From: Octopus sinensis
Taxonomy: Eukaryota
Reading direction: 5' to 3'
Length of the DNA stretch: 43,364 nucleotides
Assembly (NCBI RefSeq): GCF_006345805.1
Contig: NW_021834995.1
Location: 1 to 43,364 of the forward strand
Of this stretch, positions 1 through 11,299 are shown piece by piece; within the stretch, counting starts at the first letter, position 1, and the number at the start of each line of letters is the position of its first letter. A model generated the notes under the pieces. The model ran no database searches. It was not told the DNA's origin and saw only the letters and a list, made by a program, of their open reading frames with translations. The position numbers and the translations under genes are program-made.

Positions 1-129
1 TCATACATATATATATATACATAAGCATATATATATTATACATACATATAAAAGTAGGTAAATGGTACATGTGTATGGTGGCTACCCCCTTGTTATCGAG
101 TATGGCCATTGCGCGAAGCTTAATCAATG

Positions 130-546
130 TTGTTATCATGCAATGGTTGTGCAAGAAGATTTTTTTTTGAAAGTGAGGAAAGGCTGTGCACAGAGTCAAT
201 CCCACTAACTAAGCAACAGCAGCCATTATCCGAAAAAAAGAACAAGTCAACATCATCGGTAACCACTGAGCCGCAGATTTTATGTCAGAGTTATCCCAGT
301 TACCTGAGTTATCTTCTCCTAGAAGGATGCCCTAACAAAGGCTAGGAGTCCTTCACTCCCAATGGTTTAACTGCGTGATCGGGTATTCAGTCCAATTATT
401 TCTATGTCCTCGCGCATGATATTTATTGGATGGCCGTTGACGCTCAAGAGTTCCTCTGCCCTTTAACGGGTTTTGTTTATCATCCCGCAAGGTGTCCAAT
501 AAACACCCTCCTCACGAAGCAAGCTTGGTGGGGTTGCCAGTTTAGT
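130..546 (-). mobile_element. 5'UTR fragment of an RTE-type LINE
   Basis: 424-546 aligns by eye with 26032-26152, the 5'UTR of the RTE at 25-26 kb (shared gagttcctctgcccttt and cttggtggggttgccagtttagt), in the same orientation. No coding part is present. Confidence 0.5.
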
Positions 547-2218
547 ATATATTTTGACCCCTAATATGTTCACTTGATTAATAAGGCTTTTCCCCCCAGT
601 TAATAAGTACTATGCCTACTCATAATAAGTAACAGTCTCTTTCTCCAAATTTGAATAAATTTTAGATTTATATTTTTTCCTTTATTCTAACGTGTCAAAG
701 TACTTGGAACTTATAGACCAACTGTTGTGATGATATGCATAGGGTTTGTAATGTCTCTGCATTCTCTGTGAATGTTATTGTGACCATTTGACTTTGACCT
801 AGTTCTCCTAAGGCTGAATCTGTTCATCAAATAGTAGTAATTGGCATTTAGTTGTGACACTGCTGTCTTCTACATAAATTCCTTATATGGAGACATCCCC
901 TTTACCCCATTTCTATAATTAGAAAATCTTTATTGTCTCCTTTCATTTGTTCTTCCCTCTCAGAACATTACAGTAGTCTGGAACAACTGAATCTTAGTCA
1001 GTCAGTTGATGGGCTCCACTACCTCGAATGTTCTTAAAATTTAAATCCACATCTTTGTCTACGTATCTACCTTCTCTATAATGTTGCCACTTGATATGAA
1101 AATTTTTGTATTAATGAAAAACCTCTATAATTGGCTGATGAGTGCTCAGCATTTTAAAACTGTTGTAATATTTACAACATTTAATAAAATGATGTAGTAT
1201 GAAACGATCATACCAAATTACCGGAGTCATTCTTGTTGCTTATTTTGATGAGATATATATATATGAACTCAGGTACAAGATTTTCTGGGCAAGAAATTCC
1301 CTCCCAAAATCCAAGGCTTGGAAGAGTTCGAAGTGAACCTACTGAAGCTCATGTTTGTGTATATATGTGCATATATATGTATGTATATACGTTTGTATAT
1401 GTAAGTATATCATATGTTGTGTATATATATATATATATATATATTTCTCAAGGACCACCAAGAGCAAAAGAAACGAGAATTTCTCCGTTCATACGCTCTA
1501 ATCAGGCAACACATGGACACTCTGGACATCATCCTAGGAGGTGACTGCACCAGGGAAGACCAAAAGGATGGAGAAAACATCCAGGACCCAACAAAAGACA
1601 CAAGCAAGAAAACTGCAACCATGGGAAACAATGGCACATGTCCAGCTCCCAACACAACTGAAGACCAAAGAGGTGCAATGGCCGCAAAAAAGGAAAGCAC
1701 CCTAAAATCAACAGAAAACTAAAGAGGTAAAAGACAAGAAAACTAAAACAAACACTGTTCAGAAAAAAACAGAAGAACCCCAGCAAGAACTATAAAGGCA
1801 AAAGCAGAAACATTTCCAAATTCTACCTGAAGGGAAACTGCTGGCATGGCGTCGAAGGTGCAAAATGTCATTTTGCACATCAGAGGTCCTGCCAAGGCCG
1901 CATGGACACAAGACAAAAATCCCTCCCTCGAGGAGAACAAAAAGAGAAAGAAAAATATAAAAGAAGGAAAAATGGCGCACTGACCACTCCTGAAAGACGT
2001 TATGCGGATGTAGTGCGCGGTAGCCCAACAAATGGCCAGCTTCACCCAAATGTGAGAAGGGCAGCAGCTGAACAGCAATCATTTTTGTGCATGGCACAAA
2101 AAATTGTTCAGCAGCTGACCTGGCTACAAACACAAAGCTGGAACTACCACCACATAAGGCCACCACCAACAGATGCAGGATGGCCACCACAGACACCAAC
2201 ACACACACCACAAAAATA

Positions 2219-2940
2219 TTTCTACTGAATGTAGGAGGGCTGCTGCGCAGCAACTGTAAAAGGAAAATCTCATTCCTGAGAGACCTTGTGGCATGCAATC
2301 AAGCTATATGCATGGCACTCATAGAAACGCATCTTGGATCCGATATAGGGGATGCAGAAATACACATACCGCAATATGCAGTCATATGCTCAGATAGAAA
2401 AAGGAGGAGCCATGGTGGAGTTGCAATGTACATCCAAGATGACCTCACGCTGCAGGTCCTGTTGTCATATTCAAACTCAGTGTGTGACGCGCAAATTGTA
2501 CACATAAGACACCTGAATATCATCATATGTACTACATATTGCCCACTGGATGCCCCAAATCACTCAGGCATGTTTGAAGACTGCCTAACAAAAATAGGAG
2601 AAGTTCTCACCAACCTGGAACAACACAGTAGTGTATTCTTCATGGGTGACTTTAACTTCCCCAATGTGGAATGGCCTGGGGGGGGGGGCAGATGCTCCCA
2701 GGGATGACACACCATCAGCAGGCACAGGCAGAGTCCCTGCTCCATCTCACAAATGCCTTTTTCATGGAGCAAATAGTGCTGCAACCAACAAGGGCAGATA
2801 ATATACTGGATCTCTGCTTCACAAACAATATGGATATTATCCATAATGTTAAAGTGATGCCGACAATGATCTCGGATCACAACATAATAGAGCTGTCTAC
2901 GTATGGACCAAAAGCCCCCGCAGACACACAGCCTATATGA
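2219..2940 (+). pseudogene. APE endonuclease domain of CR1-group ORF2, frameshifted at G11 (2678-2688)
   Basis: ORFs 2087-2707 and 2671-2940 are consecutive parts of one endonuclease domain in different frames. Confidence 0.85.
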
Positions 2941-3037
2941 AGCATCCACAATCTCTCCAACTTAAACTTTCATAAAGCAAATTGGAAGTTGATCGAGAAA
3001 GAGATCATCAAGCAAGATTGGCCTAGAGACAGCCACA

Positions 3038-3963
3038 GTGCACCAGAAAATAGGACCTCTCTTCCAAAAAGATGGCTCTCTCACAGGAAATCCCACGAGG
3101 ATAAGTGAAATACTGAATGAACAGTTCCAAAGTGTGTTCACTACACCTCTAGGACACAGGCAAGTAAACAACCCAGAAGAATTCTTTGCCACTTTACCTG
3201 CGGCCAAAGACGCAAAAATTGAGTACATCAACATTGAAGATGATGATATCACACACGCCATAGATGAGATTGACACAAACTCAGCTGCTGGACCTGATGG
3301 ATTTCCAGCGATCCTTCTCAAATCATGCAAACGAGCCCTTGCAAAACCGCTACAGCTTCTTTTTCAGAGCTTTCTTGCAAGTGGTAAGCTCCCAGTCAAA
3401 TTGAAAGAGGCGGTAGTATGCCCTATCCATAATATGCTAAAAATTATAGGCCTATCTCTCTGACCTCACACATCTGCAAGAAACTAATCATGTTCCTTGA
3501 AGAAAATGACTTGCTGACTGACACCCAACATGGATTTTGACCAGGTAGAAGCTGCCTAACACAGCTCCTGCAACGCTATGACTGGGTATTAAAACAGCTA
3601 CTAAATGGCTCAAATGTGGATGTGATATATCTCGACTTTGCAAAGGCCTTTGATAAAGTCGACCACGGTATGATTTGTCACAAAATGCATGGTCTCGGCA
3701 TAGGCGGAAAACTTGGAGAGTAGCTGCACAACTTCCTAAAAGATAGAAGGCAGGCAGTTGTGACCAATGGAGCCACCTCCAAGGAAACACAAATAACAAG
3801 CAGTGTTCCACAGGGCACTGTCTTGGGGCTACTGCTGTTCATAGTGGCCCTTTCAGACATGCCCTCAGTTGCTAAGATGGTCACCCTTGATAGCTATGCA
3901 GATGACACAAAAGTCTCCCACACAATACAAAACCCTAGAAATATTGCACATCTGCAACACACA
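3038..3963 (+). pseudogene. Reverse transcriptase domain of CR1-group ORF2 (frameshifts, stops, truncated after YADD)
   Basis: ORFs 3038-3463 and 3760-3966, with QHGF and DFAKAFDKV motifs in between. Confidence 0.85.
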
Positions 3964-3980
3964 TAATATATATATACATA

Positions 3981-4013
<33 letters not shown>

Positions 4014-4047
4014 ATATATTATATATAATATATAATATATATATTAT

Positions 4048-4080
<33 letters not shown>
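3964..4080. repeat. (TA)n microsatellite
   Basis: Direct reading. Confidence 0.95.
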
Positions 4081-4084
4081 GTTT

Positions 4085-4137
4085 ACTTCAGGAAACCTAC
4101 CTACTTCAGGAAACCTACCTACTTCAGGAAACCTACC
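4085..4137 (+). repeat. 18-bp tandem repeat x3 (acttcaggaaacctacct) at the RTE 5' junction
   Basis: Units 4085-4102, 4103-4120 and 4121-4137; the last runs into the RTE endonuclease sequence (FRKPTSHLVTYRSG). Confidence 0.95.
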
Positions 4138-7065
4138 AGCCACCTAGTCACCTACCGATCGGGCCAACATACCAGCCAAATTGACTACATCCTTGCAAGG
4201 CAAAGGGAGAGATGGCTGCTTATAAATGCCAAAACCTTCCCAGGCGAAGAATGTACCCCACAACATAGACTGGTAGTTAGTGACTTTAGGATCAGGACTA
4301 GGAGGACAACCAGAAGACGACCAATATGGAGAAGAAGGATCTGGAAGCTTAAAGATCCTGCAAATGGACAGAGATTTAAGGACATATTACTTGAAGCCTT
4401 TGATGAAGTAGAAGGGGATAGAGCATCACAGAGGGTAGAAGACAACTGGACGTTTCTCAGGGACAACCTGCTGAGAGCCACTGACCAGATCTGTGGCTGG
4501 TGCAAAGTCCCCTCTCGACCTAGAATAACGTGGTGGTGGAACAATATTGTAGACAGGGCTATTAGAGAAAAAAGACAGGCTTGGAAGGTCTGGAAAAATG
4601 GGGGTAGCAGGGAATTGTATCAGACTGCCAAAAGAGAAGCTAGGAGACTTGTTTATTTAGCCAGAGGGGAAGCAGATAAGAAAACATTTGCCAATGTTCT
4701 GCGCCGTGAGGACCAAAGACTGGAGGTGTTTCGCGTTGCAAGACAGTGTGTGAGAGAGAATCGTGATGTGGTAGGAGAGAAGTGTGTTTGCATGGAAGAT
4801 GGTTCACTTGCGCTAAATGAGGATGCAAAGAGAGAGGTTTGGAGACGCAACTATGAAAAGTTGCTGAATAAAGAAAATGAATGGGATAAAGAGAGTCTGC
4901 TGAATGTTGACCCAACAGAGGGACCAGCTATCCGAGTTGATAGTTCCTTGGTAGTTAAGGCAATTAGAAGCATGAAGACAGGGAAAGCCCCAGGCCCATC
5001 AGGAATCACTGCAGAGATGCTCAAAATGTCTGGTAGTGTCAGCTATAGCCTAGTCACCCGTATAGTTAATCAGGTGATACACAAAGGAGTCATACCCAAT
5101 GACTGGTGTAGCAGTATAATAGTCAACTGCTACAAAGGTAAAGGTGACGCCCTAGATACAAATAATTACAGAGGTATCAAGCTGTTGGATCAGGTGATGA
5201 AGGTTACGGAGAGGGTCATAGCCCAACTAATTAGAGAGAGAGAGTTAGTTTAGATGAGATGCAGTTTGGGTTCGTACCAGGGAAAATACCACTGATGCTA
5301 TATTCCTGGTAAGGCAGCTGCAGGAGAAATACCTAGCCAAAGATAAGCCCCTGTACCTGGCTTTTGTTGACATGGGGAAAGCCTTCGACAGGGTCCCCCG
5401 ATCCCTTATCTGGTGGTCAATGAGGAAACTAGGGATAGATGAATGGTTAGTGAGAGCTGTGCGAGCCATGTACAGGGATGCTGCTAGTAAGGTGAGGGTT
5501 GGCAACGAGTACAGTGAAGAATTCTGGGTAGAGGTAGGGGTCCACCAAGGCTCAGTCCTCAGTCCCCTCCTATTTATCATAGTCCTCCAGGCAATAACGG
5601 AGGAATTCAAGACAGGATGCCCTTGGGAGCTCCTCTATGCTGATGACCTTGCTCTAATTGCTGAGTCACTATCAGAACTGGAGGAGAAGTTTCAGGTGTG
5701 GAAACAAGGATTAGAATCGAAGGGCCTTAGAGTCAATCTAACTAAAACCAAAGTCGTAATCAGTAGGAAGGTAGAGAAATCACAAATGCCTTCAGGTAGA
5801 TGGCCCTGCTCGATCTGTAGAAAAGGTGTAGGTAGAAACTCTATAAGATGCACCAAGTGTAAGCTATGGACACATAAGAGGTGCAGCAATGTCAAAGGAA
5901 GGCTAACTAGGAAGATGGTTTTTGTATGTGGCAGATGCTCAGGAACAATAAACACTGAAAATGCTCTGAGACCAACTTCCGTCACTTTCCAGGGAGAAAA
6001 ACTAGAAATAGTTGATAGCTTCCGTTACCTAGGTGACCAAGTCAGCAGCGGGGGTGGGTGTGCTGAAAGTGTAACTGCTAGAGTAAGAATAGCTTGGGCA
6101 AAGTTCAGAGAGCTCTTACCTCTGCTGGTGACAAAAGGCCTCTCGCACAGAGTAAAAGGCAGGCTGTATGATGCGTGTGTACGAACAGCCATGCTACATG
6201 GCAGTGAAACATGGGCCGTGACTACTGAGGATATGCGTAAGCTCGCAAGAAATGAAGCCAGTATGCTCCGATGGATGTGTAATGCCAGTACTCATACTCG
6301 GCAGAGTGTAAGTATCTTGAGAGAAAAGCTGGACCTAAGAAGCATCAGTTGTGGTGTGCAAGAGAGACGTTTGCGCTGGTATGGGCATGTGGCGAGAATG
6401 GATGAAGATAGTTGTGTGAAAAAGTCCCACACCCTAGCGGTTGAGGGAACCTGTGGAAGAGGCAGACCCAGGAAAACCTGGGACGAGGTGGTGAAGTACG
6501 ACCTTCGAACTTTAGGTCTCACTGAGGAAATGACTAGAGACCGAGACCTCTGGAAGTGTGCTGTGCGCGAGAAGACCCAGCAGGACAAGTGAGACCATAA
6601 CCCGTGGCCTTCTACATGGGATGGAGCCAGCCTACGTATGCATACCTTCCCTTCTTTGGACACAAAACTCTACTTGTGAAGACCTGTTGAGGCAAGTGAG
6701 GATCAGAATCAAATTCGATCAATGGAAATTGCAGATGAGTTACCAGTGCCGGTGGCATGTAAGAGAACCATCCGTTCGTGACCGTTGCCAGCGCCGCCCC
6801 GACTGGCCTCGTGCTGGTGGCACATAAAAAGCACCATCCGTTTGTGGCCATTTGCCAGCTCTGTCTGGCACCTGTGCGGGTGGCACGTAAAAAGCACTCA
6901 CTACACTCACGGAGTGGTTGGCGTTAGGAAGGGCATCCAGCCATAGAAACACTGCCAGATCTGACTGGGCCTGATGAAGCCTTCCGGCTTCACAGACCCC
7001 AGTTGAACCGTCCAACCCATGCTAGCATGGAAAACAGATGCTAAACGATGATGATGATTGATGAT
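4085..7065 (+). mobile_element. 5'-truncated RTE-clade LINE, family 1 (PHD-containing RT), young copy with full 3'UTR and (GAT)n tail
   Basis: Frame is open from about 4123 to 5253 (QIDYIL, QHRLVV, KAPGPSGI, NYRGIKLL). Two frameshifts near 5235-5290, then ORF to 6592 (FDRVPR, GVHQGSVLSPLLF, LLYADDL, GRGRPRKTW). 3'UTR ends aaacgatgatgatga. Confidence 0.95.
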
Positions 7066-7067
7066 CG

Positions 7068-7130
<63 letters not shown>

Positions 7131-7293
7131 ATATATATATATATATGTGTGTGTATATATATATATATATATATGGTGTATATATATATATATAATGTGT
7201 GTTATATATATATATATATATGTGTGTGTATATATATATATATACATATGTGTGTATAATATAATATATATATATATGTGTGTATATATATAA

Positions 7294-7334
<41 letters not shown>

Positions 7335-7402
7335 ATATATATATATATATATATGTGTGTAATATATATATATATATATGTGTGGTATATTATATATATA
7401 TA

Positions 7403-7434
<32 letters not shown>

Positions 7435-7530
7435 ATGTGTATATATATATAGATATATATATATATATATATATAAATATATATACATATGTATACATAA
7501 TATACATATATATATACATAATATAAAATA
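7068..7530. repeat. Long (TA)n/(TG)n compound microsatellite
   Basis: Direct reading; the poly-YI ORFs are artefacts. Confidence 0.95.
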
Positions 7531-8049
7531 CAGTGTACATTTAAATACATTAAGATGTTTCCATCATAGGACTCCCTTACGCTAGAAGGAACAGCTAAAG
7601 TCAAAACCACTAATTAGGGATAAATTCTTGAAGGGAATGAAAAATAAAAACATTTACCATCTATTTCCTGGACCATGGTATCTGACTTATTTTAGCAAAT
7701 AAAATAAAATAGTTTGCCAGGTGAAGTCTTCATCAACAGGTACGCTAAGACTAAACTTATAAACATGAGGCCAATCCAGCATGTGCCTCTTGCTTATACA
7801 TTTTAATTTTTTTCAAATCCACTGCACAAGTGCAGTTTTTTGACAGCAGCAAAAAGATGCTGGCCATTTCTTCGAACATAGACGTCAAATTGCCATTTAA
7901 TGGCGATTTGACATCTATGTTTAGCATATAGGGTGTCCACTTTAGTGGTCATTCCTCTTAATTTTGTATGTAACACAATTTTTAATCTTCGGATTTTTAA
8001 ATATGCTAAGCCACTGGTTTTAATTGATTAACATCAATTTCTACCCTTA

Positions 8050-8052
8050 TTA

Positions 8053-8091
<39 letters not shown>

Positions 8092-8267
8092 TATACATAT
8101 GTGTGTGTGTGTGTGTGTATATATGACATCCCAATATATACTCAAGTTGAAGGTATATTTTTCCTTAATCACAATATCAACATTTTTTTTACTTTTAATT
8201 TTATGAAGGAGCTTTTACTCTCCCCAAAAATGTATCTTAGTACTCAATTCAGCATTGTTGCGACTTC

Positions 8268-8325
<58 letters not shown>
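8050..8325. repeat. (TA)n/(CA)n/(TG)n block (8050-8125) and (GA)n block (about 8271-8324)
   Basis: Direct reading. Confidence 0.9.
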
Positions 8326-8327
<2 letters not shown>

Positions 8328-9087
8328 GAAATGGGATATAGGAACTCATACAAAGCAGAGGGTAGCTATGCATTGCTTAGCAACAATCAGCTGGAAGCCA
8401 CTAGCCAGTTCTTTTGTTGGGGAGAAGAGGAGCAAGAAAACATTAAACAACACAGTCATGAATTGCAGAGATACACAAAAGAGGTTTGAAAGGAGGGAGA
8501 GCAGAGAAAGAGTAATGAATATTTAGGAAATATATCTCCAAGCTAGATTTAGCAACAAGTTATGTTTATCTAGTTATTGGAGAAACAGCAAGTAGGAGGT
8601 TTGTTAATGTTCTACATCAAAATGATGAGAAGTATAAAAGTATTTCAAACTGCAATTTAGTACTTTAGAACAAGGAACTGGAATATTACCAAGGACAGCT
8701 GTTTCCAAAATAACAGAGTATAATGCTTTCAATACCTAACCACTTGTGACTATCTCTAGATATGTAAAAGATAGAATAGAAACAAACTTATTTTAGAGTG
8801 TTTGTATTAAAATCTACCTTCTTAATTTTATTCAAGGATCTTTTGTTTTAAACACCAAATTAATTAGGACGTCATTTACTAAATTCTTCCAAAATTAACT
8901 GAAGTAATTAAGCAGCATATTTTTTTTATTAGAAAGTAGGTCTTTACCAGTCACTACACTGCCAGTAAAAAATATTTATTAATTATGCACATGTTTGTTT
9001 TAACAGTAGACTGTTATATAGTGAAAGTATCGTTAGTTACTATGGTGATAACACTCTACCTATCATCTATCTATCTTTCATGGACAC

Positions 9088-9132
<45 letters not shown>
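9088..9132. repeat. (CT)n microsatellite
   Basis: Direct reading. Confidence 0.95.
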
Positions 9133-9136
<4 letters not shown>

Positions 9137-9289
9137 GTATTTCTCTCTCAACAACCTGTTTTTTTTTTCTTGAAACAAATTTTAATTCTATCTTTTACAC
9201 ACACTCTTTCCCTCTCACTGGTATATTTGACATGTTATATATCATTGGTTTTTCTAATTGTTCTTTGGTGCAGTTTAGTTGAGTTGTTG

Positions 9290-9450
9290 CTTAGGCCCCA
9301 GATCAATCCATTATCAAGCAGACCCATGATTGGAAGATACACAATCCCACCTTTCTTTTCCGACATATTGTATCTAAGATCTCATTATCCAATATTTCAC
9401 CCCCTTTTTTTTTTTGAGATAAATGATCTTAACCCAAGAGACTCTATGGC
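9290..9450 (+). repeat. Unclassified old interspersed repeat (related copies at 20460-20515, 29040-29215, 36700-36855, 36860-36975)
   Basis: Shared degenerate core like ttagccccagatcagc..tga.caagcagtcctat; copies are divergent. Confidence 0.4.
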
Positions 9451-9604
9451 CAAGCAGTTCTACTTCCTCATATTTTTCACTTAAAAACTGGTAAATATTT
9501 CATCAAGGTTAAGTATGAATATGGAACTGATAGAACATTTGTCAGTGGTTTTAGAATTATTTAATGTCATATTTGATTATGTGTTGGATTTAGTCTAACC
9601 AGAA

Positions 9605-10338
9605 ATCATCATCATCATCATTTAGCATCCATTTTCCATGCTAGCATGGGTTGGACGGTTCAACTGGGGTCTGGGGCGCCCGAAGGCTGCACCAGGCCAG
9701 TCAGATCTGGCAGTGTTTCTACAGCTGGATGCCCTTCCTAACGCCAACCACTCCGAGAGTGTAGTGGGTGGTTTTATGTGCCACCGACACAGGTGCCAGA
9801 CGAGGCTGGCGAACGGCCACGCTCGGATGGTGTTTTTTATGTGCCACCGACACAGGTGCCAGACGAGGCTGGCAGACAGCCACGCTCAGATGGTGTTTTT
9901 ATGTGCCACCGACACAGGTGCCAGATGAGGCTGGCGAACGATCGGATGGTGTTTGTTACGTGCCCACAGCACGGAGGCCAGTCGATGCGGTACTGGCTAC
10001 GGGTACGTTCGGATGGTTTTCTTGTGTGCCACCGGCACTGGTACCACAAAGATACAAATTCCATTGATGTTCATCTATTTTGATTTGTTTTGATTTTCAC
10101 TTGCCTCAACAGGTCTTCACAAGTGTCACAAGAAGGAAGGTATGCACAGGTGGACTGACTACGTCCCAGGTAGGGGCCACGGGTTATGGCCTGACTAGTC
10201 TTGCCGGGTCTTCGGATGGTGTTTTTATGTGCCACCGACACAGGTGCCAGATGAGGCTGGCGAACAGCCACGATCGGATGGTGTTTGTTACGTGCCCACA
10301 GCACGGAGGCCAGTCGATGCGGTACTGGCTACGGCCAC
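9605..10338 (-). mobile_element. RTE family 1 3' end (3'UTR only) with an extra duplicated segment at the 5' junction
   Basis: (CAT)n tail at 9605-9621 and palindrome ccatgctagcatgg at 9636-9649. 10170-10212 matches the ORF2 end / 3'UTR start at about 6570-6620. Confidence 0.9.
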
Positions 10339-10621
10339 TGGGGACATAATGTAGAATCATCTTTCTGTGATTATGAAGCAGTCCAAGCAGTGAGTCACCA
10401 GCTGCTTTATCCATTATTGGATTTACCTTCTTGTGTGGGTGACTCGAGATATGCAAGATTGTTTCAAGAAGTAGAAAAATTTGATATGGACACAAAATGA
10501 TGACAATGATGATAATAATTGATTCAGATTTTGGCACAAGATCAGTAATTGCAGGGAGAAGGGGTTAATTAATTTCATTGACCCTCCCCCTCCCAGTACT
10601 TCACTGGGATTTTATTTTATC

Positions 10622-10673
10622 AAATAATAACAATAATAACAGAAGATTAAGCAGTAGTAGGGGGAAGAGGAGG

Positions 10674-10721
<48 letters not shown>

Positions 10722-10768
10722 GGTGTGGTGGTGTGGTGGTGGTGGTGGTGGTGGTGGTGGTGGTGGTG

Positions 10769-10824
<56 letters not shown>

Positions 10825-10872
10825 GGTGGTGGTGGTGGTGGTGGTGGTGGTGGTGGTAGTAGTAATAGTAGT
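10622..10872. repeat. Compound trinucleotide array (AAT/AAC, AGG, AGC, AGT, GGT)
   Basis: Direct reading; the poly-S/W/H/Y ORFs are artefacts. Confidence 0.95.
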
Positions 10873-11255
10873 TTAAACTTTCTTTTGTTTGCATAAGCTT
10901 CCCACCTCTCAGTATCTTATTTAAATACATTTCTTCCAGTTTTCCATTCATTAAACCTTCTATGACCATATCTTATAAAAGAGAATCTGATCTTTGTCTT
11001 TCCGTCACAAGGAAAAGAAGAGAAGAAATCAACCCCTGTCACAAAATATTTAGAATAGGAGGAGAAAGTTGTTGAGAGAAAAATACAGTGCGATAGAGAG
11101 TATGTGAAAGACAGATAGTTAGGTAGTGTTGTCACCATAATATCAAGTTTTGATTTAAAAAAAAAAACAGGAATTTTAAGTGCAAGTCTGTCAGCACAAT
11201 GCAACACACTTCAAAACACAAAAAAGGAAAGACATTCACTATACAACAATATAGC

Positions 11256-11299
<44 letters not shown>

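Larger units (their letters stand above)
1444..3963 (+). mobile_element. CR1/L2-group LINE remnant (ORF1 end, APE endonuclease, RT), internally deleted and 3'-truncated
   Basis: Endonuclease motifs IETHL, SDRKRRSHGGVAMY, GDFNFP, NILDLCFTN, SDHN; RT motifs GPDGFP, YLDFAKAFDKVDH, VPQGTVLGLLLF, YADDTK. Starts and ends at (TA)n. Confidence 0.9.

Noticed and set aside
964-996. 33-nt symmetric exon candidate (HYSSLEQLNL, LRR-like) after a strong pyrimidine tract
   Set aside because: Weak GTCAGT donor, very short peptide, no supporting neighbouring exons.
7041-7610. Long YI-, RE-, SL-, H/Y/W-rich ORFs (also 3865-4147, 8101-8526, 10578-10969, 16024-16365)
   Set aside because: Translations of microsatellites.
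9770-10060. CRISPR-like repeat/spacer appearance
   Set aside because: The 'spacers' are homologous to each other, the array is part of an RTE 3'UTR, there are no cas genes, and the context is eukaryotic.
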